Positions 36,853 through 48,460 are shown, numbered from the stretch's first letter. The stretch is 52,831 nucleotides of DNA from Planctomycetota bacterium (GCA_038213805.1 JBBQSO010000031.1:1-52831), one strand, 5' to 3'. Program-made: numbers and translations. The notes: generated by a model from the letters alone, not told the origin.

Positions 36853-38895
36853 CTACACCCCCGTGCTGCGCTTCTTCTTGCGCACAAAACGCTGCGTGAT
36901 CCCACCGATCCCGCTGAGCTTGCGCACCAGCGCATTGAGCTGCGCAACGCCGGCTGCGGGCTGCGCGTGGGTGCCATAGCGCAGCTGCACGTAGAGCGCG
37001 GCGGCCTCGTGGATGATGCTGGCGTGCGAGGACAGCTCGGCGGCGGCGCGCTCGGCGTGGGCGAGCGGGCCCTCCCAGGGTTCGCGCGGGACGCCGCCGC
37101 GACGCAGGCGCGCACAGAAGTCGGCGTAGGCCTGCAACACCGGGTCGCTGCGCCGGCGCTGGCGGATGCGCATCAGCGCGAACAGCGCGACCAGCAGCAG
37201 GGCGAGGGTTGCGACTAGCACGGCGATGGTGGCGCCCATGCCGAAGCGCGCGAGGCCGAAGCGCGCCAGCACCGCCTCCTGCTGCTCGGCGCCGTAGCCC
37301 ATCGCCAGGCCGTCCCAGCGCGCGTCCATGTACTGCCACCACATGCGCACGGAGTGCAACGGCGCGCGCGCCCATTCCGGGGCCCAGTCCATGCCCAGCG
37401 CCACGCTGGTGGTGGCGGCCGCGGCGGCGCCGCCGAGCGACGCGGGCACGCTCTGGCCGGGCGCGACATTGAGCCCGTAGGTGGGGTCGACGCGCAGCCA
37501 GGCGCGCGCGCCGGCGTCCCACACCTCGCACCACGCGTGGGCGTGCTGCTGGTGCACCACCAGCAGGGCGCCGAAGGCGTTGGCCTCGCCACCGCGGTAG
37601 CCGACGATCACCCGGGCCGGCACGCCGGCGATGCGCATCAGCAGGCAGAAGGCGGTGGCGTAGTGCGCGCAGAAGCCGCTGCGCTTCTCGAACAGGAAGC
37701 GGTCGACGGGGTCCTGGCCCATCTCGCCGGGCTCGAGCGTGTAGGTGAAGCCGTTGCCCTGGAACCAGGCGAGTGCGGCGTCGCTGCGGTCCTTCACGCC
37801 CTGCCCCGCGCGAGCGAACTCCTGGCCGAGCGCGATGGTGCGCGCCGTCAGCGTGCGCGGGTAGGCCAGGCAGTGCTTGAGCTCGAGTCCCGCATCGTGC
37901 GCACGCCCACCAGGCTGTGAGATCACCGTGTAGCGCAGCAGGCGGCTCACCACCCCGCCCTTGGACTGCAGGGTGCGGTCGGAGAGCAGGTTGGCCTCTT
38001 CCGGCGCGGCGATCGGCGTGTCGAGCGCGAACACCCACTGCTGGCCGTGCGGCATCAGTACGACCTGCTGGGTGACCGTGGGCCCGCGCTCGCTCTCGGC
38101 CCCCGCGTCCTGGCGCAGGCCGATGCCGCGGTAGGCATCGCCGTGGCGCCAGGTCGCACCGTCGGTCTCATTCATCACCAGGCCACGCCAGTACAGCATG
38201 CTCTCGTCGGGCAGGCGGCCTTCCGGGAACTCGACGCGGAAGGCGATCTGGTCGCCCGCGGCGACCTTGGCGATGTCGCCCGGGCGCATCGCGTCCGTGA
38301 AACCGGCCACGGTCTGGCCGCCGAGGTTGGGCAGGCGCATCTGCAGGCGCGGGCAGAACAGGAACAGCACCAGCGCCAGCGGCAGCGCCTGCAGCACCAT
38401 CATGCCGACCAGCGGCAGCAGCGAGCGCGCCTCGCGCCCGGCGTGGAAGCGCACCGCGGCGACGGTGATGACGGCGAGCGCGAACAGCGCGTAGCCGCAC
38501 GCGAGCAGCGACGACGAGTCGAAGAGCTGGACCGCGACCAGGAAGTAGCAGAGGAAGCAGGCGAGCATGTAGTCGCGCTCGGTGCGCAGCTCGAGCAGCT
38601 TGGCCCACAGGAAGGCGATGAAGAGCAGCGAAGCCTGGATGCCGAACTGGAGGTGGCCGGTGACCAGCAGCAGGCCGAAGACCAGCGCGGCGATGAGCAG
38701 GCGCAGCGGGCGGCGCAGCGCGACGCGGCCGCGTCGCTCGCCCCACCAGCGCCACCAGCCGAGCGCGACGATGCCCAGCGGCATCCACGGCGGCAGCTCG
38801 GCCAGGAAGGGCGCGGTGGACACGCCCATCGCCAGCAGCAGCCAACGGATGCGCGCCAGGCCGAGGGTCTCGATGGCGTTGGCTTCGCTGGCCAC
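36853..38895 (-). CDS. DUF3488/transglutaminase family membrane protein (TgpA-like)
   Basis: GFCAHYA, AGVPARVIVGYRGG, HAWCEV, VDPT (Cys-His-Asp triad). Confidence 0.93.
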   Translation of the reverse strand: MASEANAIETLGLARIRWLLLAMGVSTAPFLAELPPWMPLGIVALGWWRWWGERRGRVALRRPLRLLIAALVFGLLLVTGHLQFGIQASLLFIAFLWAKLLELRTERDYMLACFLCYFLVAVQLFDSSSLLACGYALFALAVITVAAVRFHAGREARSLLPLVGMMVLQALPLALVLFLFCPRLQMRLPNLGGQTVAGFTDAMRPGDIAKVAAGDQIAFRVEFPEGRLPDESMLYWRGLVMNETDGATWRHGDAYRGIGLRQDAGAESERGPTVTQQVVLMPHGQQWVFALDTPIAAPEEANLLSDRTLQSKGGVVSRLLRYTVISQPGGRAHDAGLELKHCLAYPRTLTARTIALGQEFARAGQGVKDRSDAALAWFQGNGFTYTLEPGEMGQDPVDRFLFEKRSGFCAHYATAFCLLMRIAGVPARVIVGYRGGEANAFGALLVVHQQHAHAWCEVWDAGARAWLRVDPTYGLNVAPGQSVPASLGGAAAAATTSVALGMDWAPEWARAPLHSVRMWWQYMDARWDGLAMGYGAEQQEAVLARFGLARFGMGATIAVLVATLALLLVALFALMRIRQRRRSDPVLQAYADFCARLRRGGVPREPWEGPLAHAERAAAELSSHASIIHEAAALYVQLRYGTHAQPAAGVAQLNALVRKLSGIGGITQRFVRKKKRSTGV

Positions 38896-38901
38896 GGTCC
38901 C

Positions 38902-39788
38902 TCAGCGCCCCGGGAACAGCGCCAGCGCGCTCAGGCAGGCGTGGTAATGGTTGGGTCCGGTGGCGGGTGGCAGTTCGCGGTCGGGCAGGCGCAGACCGAA
39001 CTGCATGCCCCCGCGCTCGGCCTCGACCACCCAGCCGGCGAGCTGCGACAGGCGCTGCTCGGCGTCGTTGCCGACCGCCGCCTGCCAGTCGATCCACCAG
39101 CGCGCGGCGCCGCCGCCGTCGTACTCCTTGACCAGCAGCGGACGACCGCGCGCCACCGCCTTCCAGTCGATGTGGCGCTGCGGATCACCGGCCTGGTAGG
39201 AGCGGTGGCCGCGAAAGTCGCCGCCGCCCGGGCGCCCGCCGGCCTGGGCCTCGGCGCGCTCGTCCGGGGCCGCCTCGGGCGGACCGCCGTGCGCGGGGCG
39301 CGGGTAGACCATCCAGGTGAAGTCACCGGGCAGGCGGCGCGCCCAACGGAACAGGCCCATCGGGAAGATCGTCGAGACGCGCACGCCGCTGTGCGCGTGC
39401 AGGCCCCGCGCGCGCCACGGCAGCACCAGCTCGACCACCACGGTGGCGCCGGCCGCGAGATGCGGGATGCGCACCGCGCCGCCCGCGACCTGCAGGCCGG
39501 GCAGGTCGCAGGCCAGGAAGTGCACGTCGCGCGGACCGCCGTTGGTGACCAGCACGGTGGCGCGCAGCGGTTCGCCGGCGAAGGCCGGCACGGTCTCACC
39601 CGCGACCACACGCACCACGCTAAGATTGCGCCAGCCGTGCAGGGCCGAGACCAGACCGACCGCCGAGACCAGCGACATCACCACGTAGGCCGCGTTGCTG
39701 CCGTAGTTCACCGCGCCGAGCATCATCGCCAGCTGCATGACCGCGAGGGTCAGGCAGGCGCTGGTGGGACGGACGGTGGCGTGGCCGT

Positions 39789-39792
<4 letters not shown>
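38902..39792 (-). CDS. DUF58 family protein
   Basis: [26 protein letters not shown]...IDWKA; GTGA overlap with moxR. Confidence 0.9.
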
Positions 39793-40700
<908 letters not shown>

Positions 40701-40884
40701 GGGGTCTCCGTTGCCGCCGGCAGGACAGCATCGCCGCGCTGCCGATCTCGGCAAGGCGACGCTGCGCGTCCTGGGCCGACGGGTCAGGAGTGTACCACGA
40801 AGTCCCCGCGCCCGCGCCGGCGGTCGCACCGCGCCGCCACGTGCAGGCTCGCCGGGCTGGCGCTGGCCGCGCCGCGCACCGCGG

Positions 40885-41979
40885 CTACGCGATCCATCCC
40901 CCACCAAGGCACAGCTCGTCCCGCTCATCGTACGCCACGCACGCCTGCCCCGCGCTCGGCCGCAGCACTGGTTCCGCGAAGCGCACGGTCGCATTGGGCT
41001 TGCCCTCGCGGCCGAGACCGGGCGCCGGCAGGATGGTGGCCGCCAGCGCCGGCGAGCGGTAGCGCGGCCGCACGCGGCAGGCCAGGCCCTGCGCCGGCAG
41101 CTCGCCCAGGTGCCAGGTGCAGTCGCGGAGCGCCAGCGTGTCCACCAGCAGCCCGTCGCGCGGACCGAGCGTCACGGTGTTGGCCTGGTGATCGAGCGCG
41201 GTGACGAACAGCGGTTCGTGCCAGGCCACGCCCAGGCCGCGGCGCTGGCCGATGGTGAACGCGGCCAGGCCCTGGTGGCTGCCGAGCTCGCGTCCGTCGA
41301 CGTGGCGGATCGCGCCGGGGCGGAAGGCCGCCGGCACGCGCTCGCGCAGGAAACCGCCGACGCCGCCCGCGCCGATGAAGCAGATGTCTTGGCTCTCGTG
41401 CTTGTCGGCGGTGGTCAGACCGCGCTGGCGCGCCGCATCGCGCACCTCGTCCTTGGTCAGATGGCCGACCGGGAAGTGCGCCGCGGCGAGCTGCTCCTGG
41501 GTCAGGCTGAACAGGAAGTAGGTCTGGTCCTTGGCGCGGTCGACCGCGACGCGCAGCACGTGGCGGTCGAAGGCGCGTTCGACGCGCGCGTAGTGGCCGG
41601 TGGCGACGCGCTCGGCGCCCAGGCTCTGCGCGTGGGTCCAGAGCGCGCCGAACTTGAGCTTCTCGTTGCAGCGCACGCACGGGTTCGGGGTCTCGCCGCC
41701 GGCATAGCCCGCGACGAAGCCGTCGACCACGTCGCGGCGGAACTCGTCTTCGAGATCGATCACGTAGTGTGGCAGCCCGCTGGCGAGCGCGACGCTGCGC
41801 GCGTCGATGGTCTCGGTCGGCGAACAGCAGGCGTCCTCACGCGTGAAGCCGCCGTCCTCTTCGGCGCACGGCCACAGCTTCATGGTCACGCCGACCACCT
41901 CGTGACCCTGCTCTTTGAGCAGCGCGGCGCTGAGGCTGGAGTCCACTCCGCCGCTCATTCCGACCACGATGCGCGCCAT
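40885..41979 (-). CDS. mnmA: tRNA 2-thiouridylase MnmA
   Basis: MSGGVDSS, TPNPCVRCN, ATGHY, KDQTYFL, SQDICF. Confidence 0.96.
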   Translation of the reverse strand: MARIVVGMSGGVDSSLSAALLKEQGHEVVGVTMKLWPCAEEDGGFTREDACCSPTETIDARSVALASGLPHYVIDLEDEFRRDVVDGFVAGYAGGETPNPCVRCNEKLKFGALWTHAQSLGAERVATGHYARVERAFDRHVLRVAVDRAKDQTYFLFSLTQEQLAAAHFPVGHLTKDEVRDAARQRGLTTADKHESQDICFIGAGGVGGFLRERVPAAFRPGAIRHVDGRELGSHQGLAAFTIGQRRGLGVAWHEPLFVTALDHQANTVTLGPRDGLLVDTLALRDCTWHLGELPAQGLACRVRPRYRSPALAATILPAPGLGREGKPNATVRFAEPVLRPSAGQACVAYDERDELCLGGGWIA

Positions 41980-42191
41980 GACCACAGGCCCCATGCGAAA
42001 AGGATACGCCGGAGCGGAGCGCCCACGGCGGGACGCACCGTAGCGGGGCGGCCGAAAAGGCACGCCGCGGCTGACGTGGGTCTAGCGGTGCAGGGGTGAC
42101 GAGCCTGGGACAGCCACATGGTGGTCGCCGTGATGGCTCAGCACGCGACGGGAACGGAATGACCGGGCAGGAATGCTTCCTGCCCAGTTGC

Positions 42192-43109
42192 TCACTGCGC
42201 CGGCTGGGGCGGAGCCTCGGCAGCGGCGGGCGCCGCAGCATCCGCGGGCTTTTCGGCAGCCGGAGCCGCATCAGCCGGAGCCGCCGCATCGGCGGGCTTC
42301 TCGGTAGCCGCAGGTGCCGCGGCCGGGTCGGCAGGCGTCTCAGGGGCGGCCGGAGCAGCGGGATCGGCCGGCTTTTCTGGAGCCGGAGCCGCGGCTTCCG
42401 CGGGCTTCTCTGGCTCGGGCGCCGCGGGAGCCTCAGCGGGCTTCTCAGGAGCTGCCGGGGCTTCGGCAGGCTTCTCGGAAGCAGGAGCGGGAGCCTCAGC
42501 AGGCTTCTCAGGCGCCGGGGCCGGAGCGGGGGCTTCAGCAGGCTTCTCGGTAGGCTTCTCCGGCGAGGGGACGGGGGCCGGCTTCTCGGCCGGCGCAGCC
42601 GGAACCGCTGCGGACTTCGGCGCCGCCGCGGCCGCCGCGTCGTGGACCTTGGTCACCGTCTCGCTGGTCCCCTGACCACGCAGCGCCAGCAGTTCAGCCG
42701 CACGCGCCAGATTGGAGAACGATTCATCAAGCTGACCCTGCTCGAGATAGGTACGGTAGGCGATGTCCTTGTCAGCAGCGGTGAGCTGGGCGAGCAGGCC
42801 CTGGATGCTGGTGTCCGAGGGCGCCGCCGTGGCCGGGGCGCTCGCCTTGTCCGCGGGCGCCGCGGGCGCACTGGTACCGGCCATGACGCCGGCTTCGACC
42901 ATCGCCAACTGGCGGCGGATCGTGATATAGAGCCCGGTCACGCGGCTTTCCGCGTAATACGGGCGCTGATGGATCACGCCGTAGGCGGGGATGACCGAAT
43001 CGACCAGGTAGGCCTCGGTGGGACCGGCGGCGGTCTTCCCTTCGGCGGCGCCCAACCCGGAACAGACCAGGGCGGGGACGAGCAGGGCCAGCAGGGTGGG
43101 TTTCGACAT
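42192..43109 (-). CDS. Secreted hypothetical protein with Pro/Ala-rich EKPA repeat tail
   Basis: Signal peptide; GGAG RBS; about 10 EKPA(E/D)A units. Confidence 0.8.
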   Translation of the reverse strand: MSKPTLLALLVPALVCSGLGAAEGKTAAGPTEAYLVDSVIPAYGVIHQRPYYAESRVTGLYITIRRQLAMVEAGVMAGTSAPAAPADKASAPATAAPSDTSIQGLLAQLTAADKDIAYRTYLEQGQLDESFSNLARAAELLALRGQGTSETVTKVHDAAAAAAPKSAAVPAAPAEKPAPVPSPEKPTEKPAEAPAPAPAPEKPAEAPAPASEKPAEAPAAPEKPAEAPAAPEPEKPAEAAAPAPEKPADPAAPAAPETPADPAAAPAATEKPADAAAPADAAPAAEKPADAAAPAAAEAPPQPAQ

Positions 43110-43212
43110 GGGTCACCGCTCCAAGAGGTAAGGCGTTGGATTGGAGGCACGGGGGAGCCCCAGGCAAGGTGGTGCCGAGGTCCCGCTCTGCAGTGTTGCA
43201 AACACTTGGCCG

Positions 43213-43394
43213 GAAAGTCCGGGGTCCGGAAGTCCGGAAGGTTTGGTGAACGGAGAGCAGGCGGCTTGCAGACATCGGCCGCGACTTCTGGTGGCCATTC
43301 GAAAACAATGCCTCTCTCGACGCTGAACGATGGCGGTGTCATTTCCGCGATACGGGACTTCCGGCCCCCCGGACTTCCGGACTTCCGGACTCTG
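43213..43394. repeat. Inverted octamer arrays (GGAAGTCC)n / (GGACTTCC)n
   Basis: 43213-43240 and 43355-43394; same unit as 8178-8217. Confidence 0.75.
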
Positions 43395-43417
43395 CCCTCC
43401 CCCCCATGCTCCCGGCC

Positions 43418-44299
43418 ATGCCGACCTTCCGCGTGCCCGCGTCGACCACCAACCTGGGCCCGGGCTTCGACTGCCTGGGGATCGCGCTGGGCGCGGCCAA
43501 CCTGGTGACCGTGGAGGCGCTGACCGAGGACGGGGTGCAGGCGCCGGGGGCGGCGGATCCGGGTCTGGCGGTCCTGGCGGCGGGGGTGCGCGACGCCTGC
43601 GCGGAGCGCTGGGGCCGGCCGCTGCCGGGGCTGTCCGTGCGCATCGCCGGCGATGTGCCGATCGCGCGCGGCATGGGCAGCTCCTCGACCATCCTGCTAG
43701 GGGTGGCCGCGGCCTGCGCCGCGCTCGCCGGGCGCCCCCAGGACAAGCACGAACTGATGACCATCGCCGCCGCGCTCGAAGGCCACCCCGACAACGTCGC
43801 CGCCGCCTGCCTGGGCGGCTTCACCCTGGTCGCCGAGCTGCCCGGCGGCCTGCGCTGCGCGCGCTTCGACGTGCCCGCCGACCTGGTCGCGGTGGTCGCC
43901 ATCCCGCCCTTCGAGGTCAAGACCAGCGCCGCGCGCGCCATCCTGCCCCGCGAACTCAGCCGCGCCGAGGCGGTTCAGGGCTGGCAGCGCACCGCGCTGA
44001 TCACCGCCGCGCTCGCCGCCGGCCGCGCCGGCGACCTGCGCGGCCTGTTCGACGACGCCTGGCACGAGCGCCACCGCGCCGCGCTCAACCCCGGGCTGGC
44101 CGAGGCGCGCGCCGCCGCCGCGGGCGCCGGCGCGATCGGCACCATCATCAGCGGCAGCGGCAGCACCGTGCTGAGCTTCGCGCTGCGCTCCGATAGCGCC
44201 GCGGTCGCCAGCGCAGTCACCGCCAGCTACCGCGTGCGCGGCGTGGCGGCCGAGGTGCGCACGCTGGCCTTCGACAACCGCGGCCTGTCACTGGTCTGA
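43418..44299 (+). CDS. thrB: Homoserine kinase
   Basis: VPASTTNLGPGFD, PIARGMGSS, EGHPDN, ISGSGST. Confidence 0.95.
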   Translation: MPTFRVPASTTNLGPGFDCLGIALGAANLVTVEALTEDGVQAPGAADPGLAVLAAGVRDACAERWGRPLPGLSVRIAGDVPIARGMGSSSTILLGVAAACAALAGRPQDKHELMTIAAALEGHPDNVAAACLGGFTLVAELPGGLRCARFDVPADLVAVVAIPPFEVKTSAARAILPRELSRAEAVQGWQRTALITAALAAGRAGDLRGLFDDAWHERHRAALNPGLAEARAAAAGAGAIGTIISGSGSTVLSFALRSDSAAVASAVTASYRVRGVAAEVRTLAFDNRGLSLV

Positions 44300-44321
44300 G
44301 CAGGCACATCAGAAAACGCAC

Positions 44322-44353
44322 AGGGGTCGGGTGGTACGTGCCACCCGACCCCT
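44322..44353. terminator. Hairpin between convergent thrB and tpx
   Basis: AGGGGTCGGGTGG-tacgtg-CCACCCGACCCCT. Confidence 0.6.
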
Positions 44354-44384
44354 TCGCGATGACCCTGCGGCCACTGCCGCCGCG

Positions 44385-44885
44385 TCACTTCAGCGCGGCG
44401 AGCGCCTTCGCGTAATCGGGCTCGTTGGCGATCTCGGCCACCTGCTCGGTGTAGACCACCGTGCCGGCGCCGTCGATCACCACCACCGCGCGCGAGAACA
44501 GGTCGGCGATCGGCCCGCTGGTGATGGTCAGGCCGTAGGCCTTGCCGAAGTTCGCGTCGCGGAAGTCGGACACGCCGTGCACCTTGTCGATGCCCTCGGC
44601 GCCGCAGAAGCGCTTGTGCGCGAAGGGCAGGTCGCGGGACACGCACAGCACCACGGTGTCGACGAGCTTGGCCGCCTCGACGTTGAACTTGCGCACCGAG
44701 GTCGCGCAGGTCGGCGTGTCGATCGAGGGGAAGATGTTGAGGATCAGCTTCTTGCCGGCGAAATCCTTGAGCGCGACGTTGCTCAGGTCGACCTTGACCA
44801 GGGTGAAGTCCGGCGCCTTGCTGCCGACCGCGGGCAAGCTGCCGCTGGTGGTGATGGGATTGCCTTTGAGGGTGACCGTGGCCAT
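44385..44885 (-). CDS. tpx: Thiol peroxidase (atypical 2-Cys peroxiredoxin)
   Basis: [27 protein letters not shown]. Confidence 0.96.
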   Translation of the reverse strand: MATVTLKGNPITTSGSLPAVGSKAPDFTLVKVDLSNVALKDFAGKKLILNIFPSIDTPTCATSVRKFNVEAAKLVDTVVLCVSRDLPFAHKRFCGAEGIDKVHGVSDFRDANFGKAYGLTITSGPIADLFSRAVVVIDGAGTVVYTEQVAEIANEPDYAKALAALK

Positions 44886-44997
44886 GGGCTGTCCTTGGAG
44901 GGGTGGGAGGGGCACCATGGCGGGGGAAACAGCGGGAACAACGGGAAGCGGCCGGACAGTTCTTGAATCGCGCCATCGCTCCGCCTAATCGCGGCCC

Positions 44998-45960
44998 ATG
45001 TCCGCCGCCCCGCAGCCCCTGGTCGTCGTGCTTGGCGCCACCGCCTCGGGCAAGTCGGCGCTGGCGGTGGCGCTGGCGCAGCGCTGCGGGGGCGAGGTCC
45101 TGAGCGCCGACGCCATGACCGTCTACCGCGGCATGGACATCGGCACCGCCAAGCCCGCCGCCGCCGATCTGGGCGGAGTGCCGCACCACCTGCTGTCGTG
45201 CCTGGAACCTGAGGACCGCTGCGACGTCAGCCGCTGGCTGGGCCTGGCCGAGAGCGCGCTCGCCGGCATCCGCGCGCGCGGCCGCCTGCCGATCCTCGCC
45301 GGCGGCAGCCCGCTCTACGCGCGCGCCCTGCTCGAGGGCCTGTCCGCCGGCGTCCCGCGCGACGAGGCGGTGCGCCAAGCGCTGGGCGAGCGCTACGACC
45401 GCGAGGGCGGCGCCGCCATGCTCGCCGAGCTGATGGCTCGCGATCCCACCTACGCCGCGCAGCGCCACGCCAACGACCGCCTGCGCATCGTGCGCGCGCT
45501 CGAGGTGCACGCGCTCACCGGCCAGGCGTATTCCAGCTTCCACACCACCGCTGGCGTGCGCCGCCCCGACCTGCGCGCGCTGCTCATCGGCCTGCGCTGG
45601 CCGCGGTCCGTCATTCACGCGCGCATCGACGCGCGCGCCCAGCGCATGTTCGCCGCCGGCTTGGTCGACGAGGTGCGCGCGCTTGGCCCGCGCCTCAGTC
45701 CCGAGGCGCGTCAAGCAGTCGGCTACAAGGAGGTGCTCGCCCATCTCGCCGGCGAGTACGATCTCGCCCACGCCCTCGCCCTGGTGCAGCGCAACTCGCG
45801 GCGCCTGGCCAAGCACCAGGAGACCTGGTACCGCGGATGGGAGGACATCCGCTGGATCGACGGCGACGCGCCCAACCTGGTGGCGCAGGCGGAGGCGCTG
45901 GTTCGCGCGGAGTTTGCCATCCCCGAACGCACTCACACCGCGCCATCATCACCCACGTGA
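44998..45960 (+). CDS. miaA: tRNA dimethylallyltransferase
   Basis: GATASGKS, VYRGMDIGTAKP, PHHL, RIVRALEV, AVGYKE. Confidence 0.96.
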   Translation: MSAAPQPLVVVLGATASGKSALAVALAQRCGGEVLSADAMTVYRGMDIGTAKPAAADLGGVPHHLLSCLEPEDRCDVSRWLGLAESALAGIRARGRLPILAGGSPLYARALLEGLSAGVPRDEAVRQALGERYDREGGAAMLAELMARDPTYAAQRHANDRLRIVRALEVHALTGQAYSSFHTTAGVRRPDLRALLIGLRWPRSVIHARIDARAQRMFAAGLVDEVRALGPRLSPEARQAVGYKEVLAHLAGEYDLAHALALVQRNSRRLAKHQETWYRGWEDIRWIDGDAPNLVAQAEALVRAEFAIPERTHTAPSSPT

Positions 45961-46388
45961 TGAGCCTGCGATATACGCCGGTTCGCAGCTCTCAAAAATT
46001 GAAAACGGGCGCCACCCACTGGGCGGTACCTCATCATCGCACCATCTGCTGTTGTCCGCCCCGCGCGCGATCCTCGCCATCCATCCACGTCAGTTCCCGC
46101 ATCACGGGCGGAAGTCGCGGATTCCTGATCCTTCCAAACACGCCGATCGCGAGGGGCAGGGGAAGACCACGGGGCACCCCGTTTCCTTCCCTCCGGTACG
46201 ACGCCGCCCGCACAGGCGGCGTCGCATTTCCCGTATGTCCCCCCGTCACCCCTCGCGATCATTGTGGAAAAGAGCGGTCATGAAACATCGGCATCCGTCA
46301 CCGCTGGTGCGACCCGGCGCATGGCCGGGCCCGGGCTTCCCGCGGATGCCTTTCCGCGCCGGTGGGCGCTGGAAAAGATCCGTTGGTC

Positions 46389-46562
46389 TCAGCCACTGAA
46401 CCGGCCGCGCCGGCGCGCTCCGCAGAGCAGGGCGGAGCGGCTCCAGCGGAACAGCCATTGCACGATCAACCGCGAGTCCTGGAAATGGCAGGCCGGATCG
46501 TGCACCAGGGTGTGCGCGATGCGGTCGGTCAGGATGGAGCGATGGATGAGCACGACGACCAT
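46389..46562 (-). CDS. Possible small protein (57 aa)
   Basis: Strong GC bias at third codon positions; no recognisable family. Confidence 0.4.
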   Translation of the reverse strand: MVVVLIHRSILTDRIAHTLVHDPACHFQDSRLIVQWLFRWSRSALLCGARRRGRFSG

Positions 46563-46610
46563 GCTGAAGCTGATTGCACCGGGCATGCCAAGCGCAATTG
46601 CGGCACTTAC

Positions 46611-46643
46611 GCAGAAAACCCGGGCTTGGCCCGGGTTTTCTGC
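46611..46643. terminator. Bidirectional intrinsic terminator downstream of serC
   Basis: GCAGAAAACCCGGGC-ttg-GCCCGGGTTTTCTGC. Confidence 0.8.
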
Positions 46644-46670
46644 TGAACCACGCAGCAGTGCTCTGCCGCG

Positions 46671-47750
46671 TCAGCCGTTCTTCGCAGCAAATTCGCGCAT
46701 GTGGGCCGCCAGGGCCTGGGCGCCCTCCAGCGGCAGGGCATTATAGATCGACGCGCGGATGCCGCCGACCGTGCGGTAACCCTTGAGCGCCACCATCTGT
46801 TTCTTGGCCGCCTCCTTGATGAAGACGTCGGTGATCTCCTCATTGGGCAGGCGGAAGGTCACGTTCATGCGGCTGCGCTGCTCAGCGACCGCGACGGTCG
46901 CCTTATAATAGCCGTTCGACGAGTCGATGGCGTCGTAGATGAGCTTGGCCTTGGCCTCATTGACCTTCTCGATCGCGGCCAGGCCGCCCTGCTTCTCGAG
47001 CCAGCGGAAGGTCTCGAGCAGGATGTAGATGCCGAAGGTTGGCGGGGTGTTGAGCATGCTCTTGGCTTCAGCCTGCTTCTGGAAGTTGAACAGCCCGGGC
47101 ACGCTCTTGGGGATGCGCGGGTAGAGGTCCTTGCGCACGATCGCCACCACCACGCCGGCGGGGCCGAGGTTCTTCTGCGCCCCGGCGTAGACCAGCGCGG
47201 CGTCCTGCACCGGGTGCGGCCGCGACATGAATTCGCTGGAGGCGTCGACCACCAGGTTGGCGTGCGTCGGCCACTGCGGCAGGCGGTGGCCGTGCACGGT
47301 CTCGTTCGAGCAGACGTGGAAGTACGCAGCCTCCGGCGTCATTTTCCACTCCGCCGGCACCGCGCTGCGGTCGAAGTTGGTGGCTTCCGAGGTGGCGACG
47401 ATGTTGACCTTGGCGCCAGCGGCCTGCGCGGCCTTGGCGGCCTTCTGGCTCCACTCGCCCGAGACCAGGTAGTCCACCGGACCATTCGCGAAGTTCTGCG
47501 TGATGGTGGTGAAGAGCTGGGTGGCGCCGCCCTGCAGGAAGAGCACGTCGTGGGTGTCGCCCACGCCGAGCAGGCTGCGCGTGCGGGCGATGGCCTCGTC
47601 GATGACGCCGTCAAATTCCTTGCCGCGGTGGCTGCACTCGGCGATGCCGAAGCCCTTGCCCTGGAAGTCGATGAGGGCCTTGGCGGAGTTCTCGAGCACC
47701 TCCAGGGGCAACATGGCGGGACCGGCGCTGAAGTTGAAGACGCGGGGCAT
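46671..47750 (-). CDS. serC: Phosphoserine aminotransferase
   Basis: FNFSAGPA, FLQGGAT, YAGAQKNLGPAG, NTPP, GGIRASIYNA. Confidence 0.97.
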   Translation of the reverse strand: MPRVFNFSAGPAMLPLEVLENSAKALIDFQGKGFGIAECSHRGKEFDGVIDEAIARTRSLLGVGDTHDVLFLQGGATQLFTTITQNFANGPVDYLVSGEWSQKAAKAAQAAGAKVNIVATSEATNFDRSAVPAEWKMTPEAAYFHVCSNETVHGHRLPQWPTHANLVVDASSEFMSRPHPVQDAALVYAGAQKNLGPAGVVVAIVRKDLYPRIPKSVPGLFNFQKQAEAKSMLNTPPTFGIYILLETFRWLEKQGGLAAIEKVNEAKAKLIYDAIDSSNGYYKATVAVAEQRSRMNVTFRLPNEEITDVFIKEAAKKQMVALKGYRTVGGIRASIYNALPLEGAQALAAHMREFAAKNG

Positions 47751-47914
47751 GGGGCACTCCACAAGGTTGATGGCGCGGACGTGAGCGGTTAGTGTGGGCT
47801 GGACGTATCATCTGCCAACGAAAGCCATCGCCCATGCGGCATCTGCGGGGCTAATGGAGTCGGACTCATTGCATTTTTGCATGGATGGATGAACCTTCGG
47901 TACCTGAGGCACAT

Positions 47915-48460
47915 ATGACCAAGCGCCCGAGCAAGGAAGAGCAGATCCGCGAGGCCGCGCTAGCCGACATGAAGCGGCAGATGGCCCTGGAGAAATTCCA
48001 GCAGGAACGTCCGCAGTACTGGCTGCAGTCCGAGCGCGTCGGTAAGATCATCGAGATCCAGGGGCAGCTCGAGGGCGACGTCTTTCCCGAAGGCTCGTGC
48101 TTCCTCCACGCCAGTACGGTCGGCTTCCAGACCTTCTGCCTGAAGCGCATCCTTGGCCTCGACCTCGACACCTGCCAGCTCACCGCCGAGATCTACGGCG
48201 ACGAAGAGCTGGAGGGCGGCGTGGTCGTGCTGCCGCTCGAGTCGGTGGAATGGTTCGGCTTCCCGGCCAACGCCGTGCCGACCGGCATCCACTTCCAGGG
48301 CTTCACCAACCACCTGGCACGCAGCGAAACCAAGATCGAGACCCCGGTGGTGATCGGCGGCGAGCACATCCCCGCCGCCCACCTCGACCTGGTGGCGCAT
48401 CCCGGGCCCAAGCAACACGACCCGGCGCATGCGGCGAAGAAGCCGCCCGAGAAGAAGTAG
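47915..48460 (+). CDS. Hypothetical cytoplasmic protein
   Basis: GAGG RBS; strong codon bias; no recognisable motif. Confidence 0.8.
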   Translation: MTKRPSKEEQIREAALADMKRQMALEKFQQERPQYWLQSERVGKIIEIQGQLEGDVFPEGSCFLHASTVGFQTFCLKRILGLDLDTCQLTAEIYGDEELEGGVVVLPLESVEWFGFPANAVPTGIHFQGFTNHLARSETKIETPVVIGGEHIPAAHLDLVAHPGPKQHDPAHAAKKPPEKK

